Source: Roseobacter sp. (GTDB lineage Bacteria > Pseudomonadota > Alphaproteobacteria > Rhodobacterales > Rhodobacteraceae). Taken from it: a stretch of DNA of 48,462 bases. The DNA is taken from positions 1-48,462 of the forward strand of contig JBFFFS010000001.1 in the NCBI GenBank assembly GCA_041557855.1, given 5' to 3'. How positions within the stretch are numbered: the first letter of the stretch is position 1; each line of letters opens with the position of its first letter. The notes under the pieces are model-generated. The model had not been told where the DNA came from, did not search any database, and saw nothing but the letters and a program-made list of their open reading frames with translations. The position numbers and the translations under genes were made by a program. This document shows, piece after piece, positions 41,224 through 48,462 of the stretch.

Positions 41224-42774
41224 ATGCATCTACCAACAGCGCCCCTGATCCCGGACAGAGCCCATGTCATCGTCATCGGCGGCGGCATCGCCGGGCTGGC
41301 CGCCAGCCTGCGCCTCGCCTGTGCGGGCCTGCGGGTGACGCTGCTGGAGCGGCATGCGCATCTGGGCGGCAAGATCAGAACCCTGCCCAGCGACGCGGGT
41401 CCGGTCGATGCCGGCCCCACCGTGCTGACCCTGCGCCATGTCTTCGATGACCTCTTCTCCGCCGCTGGAGCACGGCTCGACGATCATGTGACGCTGGTGC
41501 CGCAGGACATTCTCGCGCGGCACTTCTGGCCCGACGGCAGCACGCTCGATCTCTTCGCCGACACCCGCAAGACCGTGCGCGCCATCGCCGCCTTCGCCGG
41601 GCCGAAAAGCGCGCAGGAATTCGCCCGTTTCCATAGCCGAACCCGCCGGCTCTTCGAAGGTTTCGACGCGCCGATGATGCAGGCCCCGAGCCCGTCGCTG
41701 CGCCGGCTGGTGCCGCATGTGCTGCGCCAACCGGGCCTGATACGCGCAATGGCCCCGCTCTCGACACTGCGCCAGATGCTGAGGCGGCAATTCTCCGACC
41801 CGAGGCTGGCACAGCTCTTCGGCCGCTACGCCACCTATGTCGGCGGCGCCCCACACCTCAGCCCCGCATTGCTATCGCTGATCTGGCAGGCCGAGGCCAC
41901 CGGCGTCTGGGTCGTGCAGGGAGGCATGCACCGCCTGACCGAAGCGCTGGCAGCACTCGCCGAAACCAAGGGAGTGGAATTCCGCACCGGCACTCATGTC
42001 GATGAAATCCTCCTGCATGACGGCAAAGTGCACGGCCTGCGCCTCGCTGGCGGGCAGACACTGGACTGCGACGCCTGTCTTTATGCTGGCGATCCGCGCG
42101 CGCTGGCCACGGGCAGCATGGGCGCGGCTCTGAAAATCGTGGCCCCGCAGACCGCGACATTGCCGCGCTCTTTCTCCGCCCGGGTCCACAGCTTCGCGGC
42201 AACCCCGAAAGGCCGCGACCTGGCGCATCACAACGTGTTTTTCGCAGCCAGCAGCGACAGCGAATTCACCGATCTCGCCGCCGGGCGCATCCCCACCGAT
42301 CCGACCCTGTATCTCTGCGCCGAAGACCGTGGCCAGAACACCCCCATACCGGCCCTCGAGCGCTTCGAGATGATCTCCAACGCGCCGGCCACTGACACAG
42401 AAATTTCCGATCCGGAGCTCGACACATGGCATCATCAGACCCTGCAAACGATGGCGAATATGGGCGTGACTTTTTCCCCGACGCCGACGGTCACGACGAT
42501 TACGACCCCGCAGGACTTCGCGCGGATGTTCCCGCAGACACTGGGCGCTCTCTACGGCCAAAGCCCCCACGGAATGACGGCGGCATTGAAGCGGCCAACG
42601 GCGCTGACACCGGTGCGCGGCCTCTACCTGGCGGGCGGGGGAACCCATCCGGGGGCGGGCGTGCCGATGGCGACGCTCTCCGCCCGGCACGCGGTCGAGG
42701 CGATCTTGCGCGACCAAACTTCGGCATCGACGTCGGTCCCAATGGCTATGCGTGGTGGTATGTCGATGGGCTGA
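41224..42774 (+). CDS. crtD: 1-hydroxycarotenoid 3,4-desaturase
   Basis: VIGGGIAG, DAGPTVLT, LFGRYATYVG, GALYGQSPHG, HPGAGVPMA. Confidence 0.93.
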   Translation: MHLPTAPLIPDRAHVIVIGGGIAGLAASLRLACAGLRVTLLERHAHLGGKIRTLPSDAGPVDAGPTVLTLRHVFDDLFSAAGARLDDHVTLVPQDILARHFWPDGSTLDLFADTRKTVRAIAAFAGPKSAQEFARFHSRTRRLFEGFDAPMMQAPSPSLRRLVPHVLRQPGLIRAMAPLSTLRQMLRRQFSDPRLAQLFGRYATYVGGAPHLSPALLSLIWQAEATGVWVVQGGMHRLTEALAALAETKGVEFRTGTHVDEILLHDGKVHGLRLAGGQTLDCDACLYAGDPRALATGSMGAALKIVAPQTATLPRSFSARVHSFAATPKGRDLAHHNVFFAASSDSEFTDLAAGRIPTDPTLYLCAEDRGQNTPIPALERFEMISNAPATDTEISDPELDTWHHQTLQTMANMGVTFSPTPTVTTITTPQDFARMFPQTLGALYGQSPHGMTAALKRPTALTPVRGLYLAGGGTHPGAGVPMATLSARHAVEAILRDQTSASTSVPMAMRGGMSMG

Positions 42775-43655
42775 GCGATTGCGGCACCCGCGCGATCTCG
42801 GTGATCGGGTTCATCGGCTCGGTCTTTTCGCCGTGGTACCGCTGGTCGGGGCGTAAATCCCCGCAGAACCACGTCTGCATCAACGTGGCCACCTACGGCC
42901 CCGGCGGTCGCTTCACGATGACCGATCGCGGCAAGAGCGCACTGCGCCAGACCGGGTCGCGCCTGCAAGTCGGCCCCTCGATGATGCGCTGGGACGACGG
43001 CCAGCTCGTCATTGAAATCGACGAGGTGTCGAGCCCGCCCCTCATTAACCGCATCCGCGGTGAAATTCGCGTCACCCCCGCCGCCATCACCCAGGTGGAA
43101 CTGCCGCTCACGCCCGATGGCGCCCACGTCTGGCGCCCCTTCGCGCCGCGCGCCCGGATCGAGGTCGCCATCGACCGGCCCGGATGGACCTGGCAGGGCG
43201 AGGGCTATTTCGACGCCAACTTCGGCACCCGTGCGCTCGAGGAGGATTTCAGCTACTGGACCTGGGGCCGCTTTCCCACGAAGGCAGGCGCCACCTGTTT
43301 CTACGATGCCACGCGCCTCGATGGCTCCAGCCTCGCGGCAGGCTTCGCCTTCGACGCCGAGGGCGGCGCGCGCGAGATACCGCTGCCCCAAAAGACCCCA
43401 ATGCGCCGCAGCCTCTGGGCAGTAAAACGCGAAACCCGCGCCGATCCGGGCTTCCGCCCTTATCAGGTGATGAACATGCTCGACGCGCCCTTCTATTCCC
43501 GCTCCGCCGTGCGTACGCGCCTTGACGGCGAGGAAGTCACCGGGGTCCACGAGGCGCTCGACCTTACCCGCTTCCGTTCACCGCTGCTGAAACCAATCCT
43601 GGCCGTCCGGGTTCCGAGACGCAGAGGCTGGCAGTTCCATCGCCCCGGCCCGTAG
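42426..43655 (+). CDS. crtC: Carotenoid 1,2-hydratase; start uncertain (ATG 42426 or GTG 42801)
   Basis: GYAWWYVDG.SD, FIGSVFSPWY, FTMTDRG, H.WRPFAP, GYFDANFG..LE.DF..W.W, DAPFY.RS. Confidence 0.9.
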   Translation: MASSDPANDGEYGRDFFPDADGHDDYDPAGLRADVPADTGRSLRPKPPRNDGGIEAANGADTGARPLPGGRGNPSGGGRADGDALRPARGRGDLARPNFGIDVGPNGYAWWYVDGLSDCGTRAISVIGFIGSVFSPWYRWSGRKSPQNHVCINVATYGPGGRFTMTDRGKSALRQTGSRLQVGPSMMRWDDGQLVIEIDEVSSPPLINRIRGEIRVTPAAITQVELPLTPDGAHVWRPFAPRARIEVAIDRPGWTWQGEGYFDANFGTRALEEDFSYWTWGRFPTKAGATCFYDATRLDGSSLAAGFAFDAEGGAREIPLPQKTPMRRSLWAVKRETRADPGFRPYQVMNMLDAPFYSRSAVRTRLDGEEVTGVHEALDLTRFRSPLLKPILAVRVPRRRGWQFHRPGP

Positions 43656-43690
43656 CGCCGCCGCTTCAATGCGCACGACGGCGCGTCACC

Positions 43691-43725
43691 CCTTCACTTT
43701 GCCAGAAAAACTCCCGCCGGAAGCA
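43691..43725 (+). repeat. Dispersed intergenic repeat, copy D
   Basis: CCTTCACTTTGCCAGAAAAACTCCCGCCGGAAGCA; tail shared with copy B. Confidence 0.5.
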
Positions 43726-43733
43726 CCCGTCCG

Positions 43734-44216
43734 CTAGCGCGCGGGCTCGGGCGGATTGCGCGCGATATCCGCGTTGAGCCACCAGACCCCCGCGTTCAGC
43801 GCCGAGGCGATGCTTACCCAGACGAGATAGGGCAGAAACAAAAACCCCGCCAGCGGGTCGAGCTGCCACATCGCCAGCATCGCACCCAGCACCGCCAGCC
43901 ACAGGAGCGACACGACAGCCATGCCAAGGCGGATATTCTTCAACCCGAAAAACACCGGCGTCCAAAGCCCGTTCAAAGCGATCTGCAGCGCCCAGAGCGC
44001 CATCGCAAGCCCGTTGCCCTCCAGCTGCGCGACCCGCGCGCCTGCTGTCGCCATGCAAACGTAGAGCACCGTCCATGTCACGGGAAACACCCAGTCGGGC
44101 GGCGTGAACCATGGCTTTTCCAGCTTGCGGTACCACGGACCCGGCGGAAAGAGACCGCCGGTCGCACCAGCGCCGGCGCAGGCCAGGAAAAAGAGGATGA
44201 AAAGCACCCAGAACAT
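43734..44216 (-). CDS. tspO: Tryptophan-rich sensory protein TspO (CrtK)
   Basis: WYRKLEKPWFTPPDWVFP..WT.LY, LNGLWTPVFFG, PYLVWVS.A..LN. Confidence 0.95.
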   Translation of the reverse strand: MFWVLFILFFLACAGAGATGGLFPPGPWYRKLEKPWFTPPDWVFPVTWTVLYVCMATAGARVAQLEGNGLAMALWALQIALNGLWTPVFFGLKNIRLGMAVVSLLWLAVLGAMLAMWQLDPLAGFLFLPYLVWVSIASALNAGVWWLNADIARNPPEPAR

Positions 44217-44221
44217 GAGCT

Positions 44222-45313
44222 TCAGGTAGGCCGGGCCGGACGGGCTGTCAACACTGCCCGTTGCTCCTGCCGGCGCGCCTCCAATGTCGCCAGCACCGAA
44301 ATCAGCGCATCGCTGCGCGAGGTTTCAGGATGCCCCCGCGCCGCCGCTTCCACGAGAAAACGCACTTCGTCGAGAGGCCGCGCATAAAGCACCGGCGAAC
44401 GCGGCATCACGAGGCTGGCGCCCGTCATCAGCATGGATTGACCCAGCCAACCGATCTTCTGCAGCTTGCTCGTACGCGCCCGCGCCGAGATCGAATCGTA
44501 TTCCATCGCCATCAGCCTGCCACCGATACCGGCGTAGATGTAACGCGCGCCATAAATCCCCGGCCGGCACGCGGGCGGCAGTGCGCCAAGCCCGGCTTCC
44601 GAACGAATGTAAAGCCGGTTAGCCTCCATCACCAACCGCCTGACCATGGCGCGCAGGGCCTTGGTTGGGCGCGGATCGGCCAGGAAGGCATCCGGGTCGA
44701 TCCCGGCCTCATCGAGCCATTCCAGCGGCAGGTAGATGCGTCGCTCCAGCGCGTCCTCACCCACGTCGCGCGCGATGTTCGTCAGCTGCATCGCCACACC
44801 CAGATCGCAGGCCCGCGCCAGCGCATCGGCATCGCGTACCCGCATCAACACGCACATCATCGCCCCCACGGCGGAGGCCACGCGCGCGGAATAGTCCTTG
44901 ACCCCCGAAAGCGTCTCGTAGCGGCGCTCCTCTGCGTCCCAGGCGAGCCCTTCCAGCAGTGCATCCGGCAGGGCGCGCGGCATCTCGAACCCGTCGACGA
45001 TGGCGGCAAAGGCACGGTCCATCGGCGCATCCTTCGGGCGCCCGGCATACACGAGGTCGAGCCGGTCGCGCAGCCGCAAAACCGACGCCACCTTGTCGCG
45101 CTTCAGGTCCACCTCGTCATCGGCCAGACGGCAAAAGGCGTAGAGCGCCAGCGCCGGATCCCGCACCCGCGCCGGCAACAGTTTGGACGCCGCATGAAAC
45201 GACAGCGACCCGTGGCGTATCGCCTCGCGGCAATATTCGAGATCATCGGCGGCAATGCCGCCACGTGTCCGGACCCGCATCATCGGCCCGCGCGTATCGG
45301 CGCGCGCATTCAT
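44222..45313 (-). CDS. crtB: Phytoene synthase
   Basis: GSLSFHAAS, LYAFCRLADDEVD, LGVAMQLTNIARDVGED...R.YLP. Confidence 0.95.
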   Translation of the reverse strand: MNARADTRGPMMRVRTRGGIAADDLEYCREAIRHGSLSFHAASKLLPARVRDPALALYAFCRLADDEVDLKRDKVASVLRLRDRLDLVYAGRPKDAPMDRAFAAIVDGFEMPRALPDALLEGLAWDAEERRYETLSGVKDYSARVASAVGAMMCVLMRVRDADALARACDLGVAMQLTNIARDVGEDALERRIYLPLEWLDEAGIDPDAFLADPRPTKALRAMVRRLVMEANRLYIRSEAGLGALPPACRPGIYGARYIYAGIGGRLMAMEYDSISARARTSKLQKIGWLGQSMLMTGASLVMPRSPVLYARPLDEVRFLVEAAARGHPETSRSDALISVLATLEARRQEQRAVLTARPARPT

Positions 45314-46857
45314 CGCACCGCCTCCGCGTCGGGCACCAGCGTACTCAGCACCTCTGCGGTTGAAATCACCCCCGGCACCCCTGCCCCGGGATGCGTCCCC
45401 GCACCCACGAGATAAAGGCCCCCAGCCTCTTCCGAGACATTATGCGGCCGGAACCACGCGGACTGCAAAATGCGTGGCTCGATGGAGAACCCCGCGCCCA
45501 GCGGGCTGAGATAACGATCGCGGAAGGTCTCGGGCGTAAAGACGACCTCGGGGCCGATCTTCGAGGCCAGACCCGGCAGGAGCTGCTCTTCGAGAACTTT
45601 CAGCATCTTCGCCTTGTACCGCGGCTCCTCTTCGGCCCAATCCACGCCGTTGTCGTGGCCCAGATGCGGCACCGGGCTGAGCACGTAAAACGTATCGTCC
45701 CCATCTGGCGCCACGCTGGGATCCGTTACCGACGGGCGATGCACGTAGAGGCTCATGTCGTCACAGAGCTTTCCCTTGATGAAGATGTCGCGCAGCAGAC
45801 CCTTGTAGCGCGGCCCGTTCAGGATCGTGTGATGCCCGACCTCGGGCCACATCCCGCGCGTGCCCCGGGCGCCGAAATACCACACGAAGAGACTCATCGA
45901 ATAGCGCGTCTTCTTCAGTTTCTTAGGGGTCCAGCGCCACTTGTCATGTGCGCGCAGAAGGTGGCTGTAGGTATGGCCCGAATCCGCGTTGGACACGACG
46001 ATATCCGCGCCCATCTCCAGACCGCTTTTCAGCCGCACGCCAGTGACCCGCCCCTGCCGGAGCACGATCTCGTCGGCCTCGGTGTTCATCAGCAGCGCAC
46101 CGCCCTGTTCTTCGATCACCCGCACCATCGCCTGCGCCATTCCCGCCAGACCACCCATCGCGTAATGCACCCCGAATTCTTTTTCGAGATAGGCCACAAG
46201 GATGTACATCGAGGTCACGTGCAACGGGTCGCCGCCGATAAAGAGCGGGTGGAAACTCAGCGCCATGCGCAGCCGCTCGTCCTTCACGCGCGCGGCGGCA
46301 TGGGCATAGACGGAACGGTCGGCGCGCAGCCGCGCAAAGGTCGGCAGCACCTTGATGAGATCGCGCAACCGGTGCATCGACCGCCGCCCTAGATCCTCGA
46401 AACCGAACCAGTAGCGCCGGGCGCTGTCCTCAAGGAAGCGGTCAAAGCCAGCGACGTCTCCGGGCGACAGCCGCGCCACTTCCGCGCGCAATTTGTCGGT
46501 ATCCTGCTGGGCCGTGAAACGGCTGCCGTCAGGCCAGCGGATTTCATAGAAGGGATCGAGCGATTTAAGCGTGACATCGGCATCGAAATCGCGCCCGCAG
46601 GCCGCCCAGAGCTCACGGTAAAGCTGCGGCACGGTGACGATCGTGGGCCCCAGATCGAAGCGGTGCCCGTCCCGCCAGATCGCCGATCCGCGCCCCCCGG
46701 GCACATCCAGCCTGTCGATCACCGTGACCACGTAGCCCTTGGCGCCCAGACGCATTGCCGCCGCCAGCCCGCCAAGCCCCGCGCCGATCACGATGGCGCG
46801 GCGCGTCCCGGCCTGAGCAGCCTCGACAGATTCGATTGCGTCCACTCGTGTCATCAT
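45310..46857 (-). CDS. crtI: Phytoene desaturase
   Basis: VIGAGLGG, FDLGPTIVTVP, SFHPLFIGGDP, QSAWFRPHN, GAGTHPGAGVPGV; start at ATG 46857 or 46854. Confidence 0.95.
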   Translation of the reverse strand: MMTRVDAIESVEAAQAGTRRAIVIGAGLGGLAAAMRLGAKGYVVTVIDRLDVPGGRGSAIWRDGHRFDLGPTIVTVPQLYRELWAACGRDFDADVTLKSLDPFYEIRWPDGSRFTAQQDTDKLRAEVARLSPGDVAGFDRFLEDSARRYWFGFEDLGRRSMHRLRDLIKVLPTFARLRADRSVYAHAAARVKDERLRMALSFHPLFIGGDPLHVTSMYILVAYLEKEFGVHYAMGGLAGMAQAMVRVIEEQGGALLMNTEADEIVLRQGRVTGVRLKSGLEMGADIVVSNADSGHTYSHLLRAHDKWRWTPKKLKKTRYSMSLFVWYFGARGTRGMWPEVGHHTILNGPRYKGLLRDIFIKGKLCDDMSLYVHRPSVTDPSVAPDGDDTFYVLSPVPHLGHDNGVDWAEEEPRYKAKMLKVLEEQLLPGLASKIGPEVVFTPETFRDRYLSPLGAGFSIEPRILQSAWFRPHNVSEEAGGLYLVGAGTHPGAGVPGVISTAEVLSTLVPDAEAVR

Positions 46858-46873
46858 GTGAATACAGTAGATG

Positions 46874-46938
46874 TGTCTAGTTAACTTGACAATTGCGTTC
46901 TTCCAATTGGCCGCAATTGGTGTCAGACTAAGTTGACA
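46874..46938. promoter_or_regulatory. Two PpsR boxes in the divergent crtI/crtA promoter
   Basis: TGT-N12-ACA at 46874-46891 and 46921-46938. Confidence 0.82.
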
Positions 46939-46960
46939 CTTTGGAGTTGTCCGTGCGCAG

Positions 46961-47674
46961 ATGACCGAAAAACCGATCGTGACGATAAGCTTCTTCCGCT
47001 TTGCGCGGACCCCGGCGCGCGCCTGGGCGCTGGCGATGATGGGGGCCGCGCGGCTGGCCCTGCCACGGGTGCCGGGGATCGGTTTCTGGAAACTCTGCGG
47101 ATCGGGCACCGGCGAAGGTTTCACCCCGCTACCCAATACCGCCGTCTATGCCATTCTCGCCACGTGGCCGGACGCTGAAACCGCCCGCAGACAGACGCGC
47201 GATGCCTCCATTTTCAACCGCTACCGCGTCCGCGCCGATGAAGACTGGACCGTGATCCTCGAGACCGCCTCGGCGCGCGGCGCATGGTCCGGGCAGCCCT
47301 TCTACCCGACCGGAAAAACGATCGAAGGCCCCCTCGCCGTCCTCACCCGCGCCTCCGTCAAACCTTCCGTGGCGCTCAAATTCTGGGGGCGCGTGCCGGA
47401 CATCAGCCGGATGATCGGAGCCGACCGCAACGTCGCGTTCAAGATCGGCATCGGAGAGGTTCCGCTGCTGCACCAGATCACCTTTTCGATCTGGCCCGAC
47501 ACCCGCGCCATGTCCGCTTTTGCCCGCGACAGCGGCCCCCATGCCGCCGCCATCCGCGCGGTGCGGGACGGCAACTGGTTTTCCGAAGAACTCTACGCCC
47601 GCTTTGCCATTCTCGGTGATCACGGCACCTGGGGCGGCACCAGCCCGCTCGAATCTCTGAAAGTCCCTGCATGA
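46961..47674 (+). CDS. crtA: Spheroidene monooxygenase
   Basis: SFFRF, FWKLCGSGTGEGFTP.PN, FKIGIGEVPLLHQ.TFSIWPD, WFSEELYARF. Confidence 0.95.
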   Translation: MTEKPIVTISFFRFARTPARAWALAMMGAARLALPRVPGIGFWKLCGSGTGEGFTPLPNTAVYAILATWPDAETARRQTRDASIFNRYRVRADEDWTVILETASARGAWSGQPFYPTGKTIEGPLAVLTRASVKPSVALKFWGRVPDISRMIGADRNVAFKIGIGEVPLLHQITFSIWPDTRAMSAFARDSGPHAAAIRAVRDGNWFSEELYARFAILGDHGTWGGTSPLESLKVPA

Positions 47675-48462
47675 AGATCCCATTCCCCTTTTCCGCCATC
47701 GTCGGCCAGCACGAAATGAAACAGGCCATGATCCTCACGGCTGTCGATCCCGGCATCGGTGGCGTGCTGGTCTTCGGCGACCGGGGCACGGGCAAATCGA
47801 CCGCCGTGCGCGCGCTTGCAGCACTCCTGCCCCCGATCACCGTCGTGGAAAGCTGCCCGGTCAACGCAGCGACCACCGCCGAATGCCCCGAGTGGGCCGA
47901 ATTAGGATCGAAAAAACGCGTCAAGCGACCGACACCGGTGATCGACCTGCCACTGGGCGCGACCGAGGACCGTGTCGTCGGCGCACTGGATATCGAACGC
48001 GCCCTGACCCGCGGCGAAAAGGCCTTCGAACCCGGCCTGCTGGCCCGGGCTAACCGCGGCTATCTCTACATCGACGAGGTCAACCTGCTCGAGGATCACA
48101 TCGTCGATCTGCTGCTCGACGTCGCCCAATCCGGCGAGAACGTCGTCGAGCGCGAAGGCCTGTCGATCCGCCATCCCGCACGTTTTGTACTAGTCGGTTC
48201 CGGCAACCCGGAAGAAGGCGAACTGCGTCCGCAATTACTCGACCGCTTCGGCCTCTCCGTTGAAGTCCGTTCGCCCGGGGACGTTGCCGAACGCGTCGAA
48301 GTGATCCGACGCCGCGACGCTTTCGAGAGCGACCGCGAAGCCTTCCTGCAGCATTACGGCACCGAAGATGCCAAGGTGCGCAACGCGATCCTGAAAGCGC
48401 GCAAACGGCTGTCAAAGATCACCACGCCCGATGCGATCCTGACCGATTGCGCCACGCTCTGC
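47671..48462 (+). CDS. bchI: Magnesium chelatase ATPase subunit I (partial, runs off window)
   Basis: Manual translation MKIPFPFSAIVGQHEMK...GVLVFGDRGTGKSTAVR...LYIDEVNLLEDH...SGNPEEGELRPQLLDRFG; ATGA overlap with crtA. Confidence 0.95.
   Translation, partial: MKIPFPFSAIVGQHEMKQAMILTAVDPGIGGVLVFGDRGTGKSTAVRALAALLPPITVVESCPVNAATTAECPEWAELGSKKRVKRPTPVIDLPLGATEDRVVGALDIERALTRGEKAFEPGLLARANRGYLYIDEVNLLEDHIVDLLLDVAQSGENVVEREGLSIRHPARFVLVGSGNPEEGELRPQLLDRFGLSVEVRSPGDVAERVEVIRRRDAFESDREAFLQHYGTEDAKVRNAILKARKRLSKITTPDAILTDCATLC

Noticed and set aside
42468-42480. TTTTTCCCC as a -1 frameshift site for crtD/crtC
   Set aside because: Does not fit X XXY YYZ in the crtD frame, and shifting there would remove the conserved CrtD C-terminal motif

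Overview
Chromosome-like window of an aerobic anoxygenic phototroph of the Roseobacter group (PufA/PufB/PufC look like Roseobacter-type proteins). (1) 1-3.6 kb: edge of an integrated element. It holds a wing-type Lys/Arg/Orn decarboxylase flanked by two related palindromic repeats, an AlpA-type regulator, tandem 11-bp repeats, a terminator and a decayed tRNA-Arg 3' half. (2) 3.9-7.7 kb: FMN glutamate synthase-family gene, gabT and a puuR-like regulator. (3) 7.9-13.8 kb: general stress response locus (HisKA_2 kinase, ecfG, nepR, phyR, dps, yihY, FNT transporter) with two EcfG promoters. (4) 13.9-27.6 kb: class-V aminotransferase, M20 deacylase, panCB, and a peptide ABC transporter interrupted by a small gene with an upstream CtrA box, a dksA-like gene and acuC, followed by GNAT, SDR and P1 peptidase genes. 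(5) 27.7-48.5 kb: one end of the photosynthesis gene cluster (dxs, pufQBALMC, bchCXYZ, crtEF, crtDC, crtIB-tspO, crtA, partial bchI) with seven PpsR boxes. Best leads: a 57-codon ORF coupled between bchX and bchY that the ORF track misses; an in-frame TGA at codon 15 of dxs; a five-hairpin RNA in the puf 3' UTR; the repeat-flanked decarboxylase cassette next to an att remnant; and a possible pantetheine/beta-alanyl salvage module next to panBC. All calls come from reading the sequence by hand; no searches were run.
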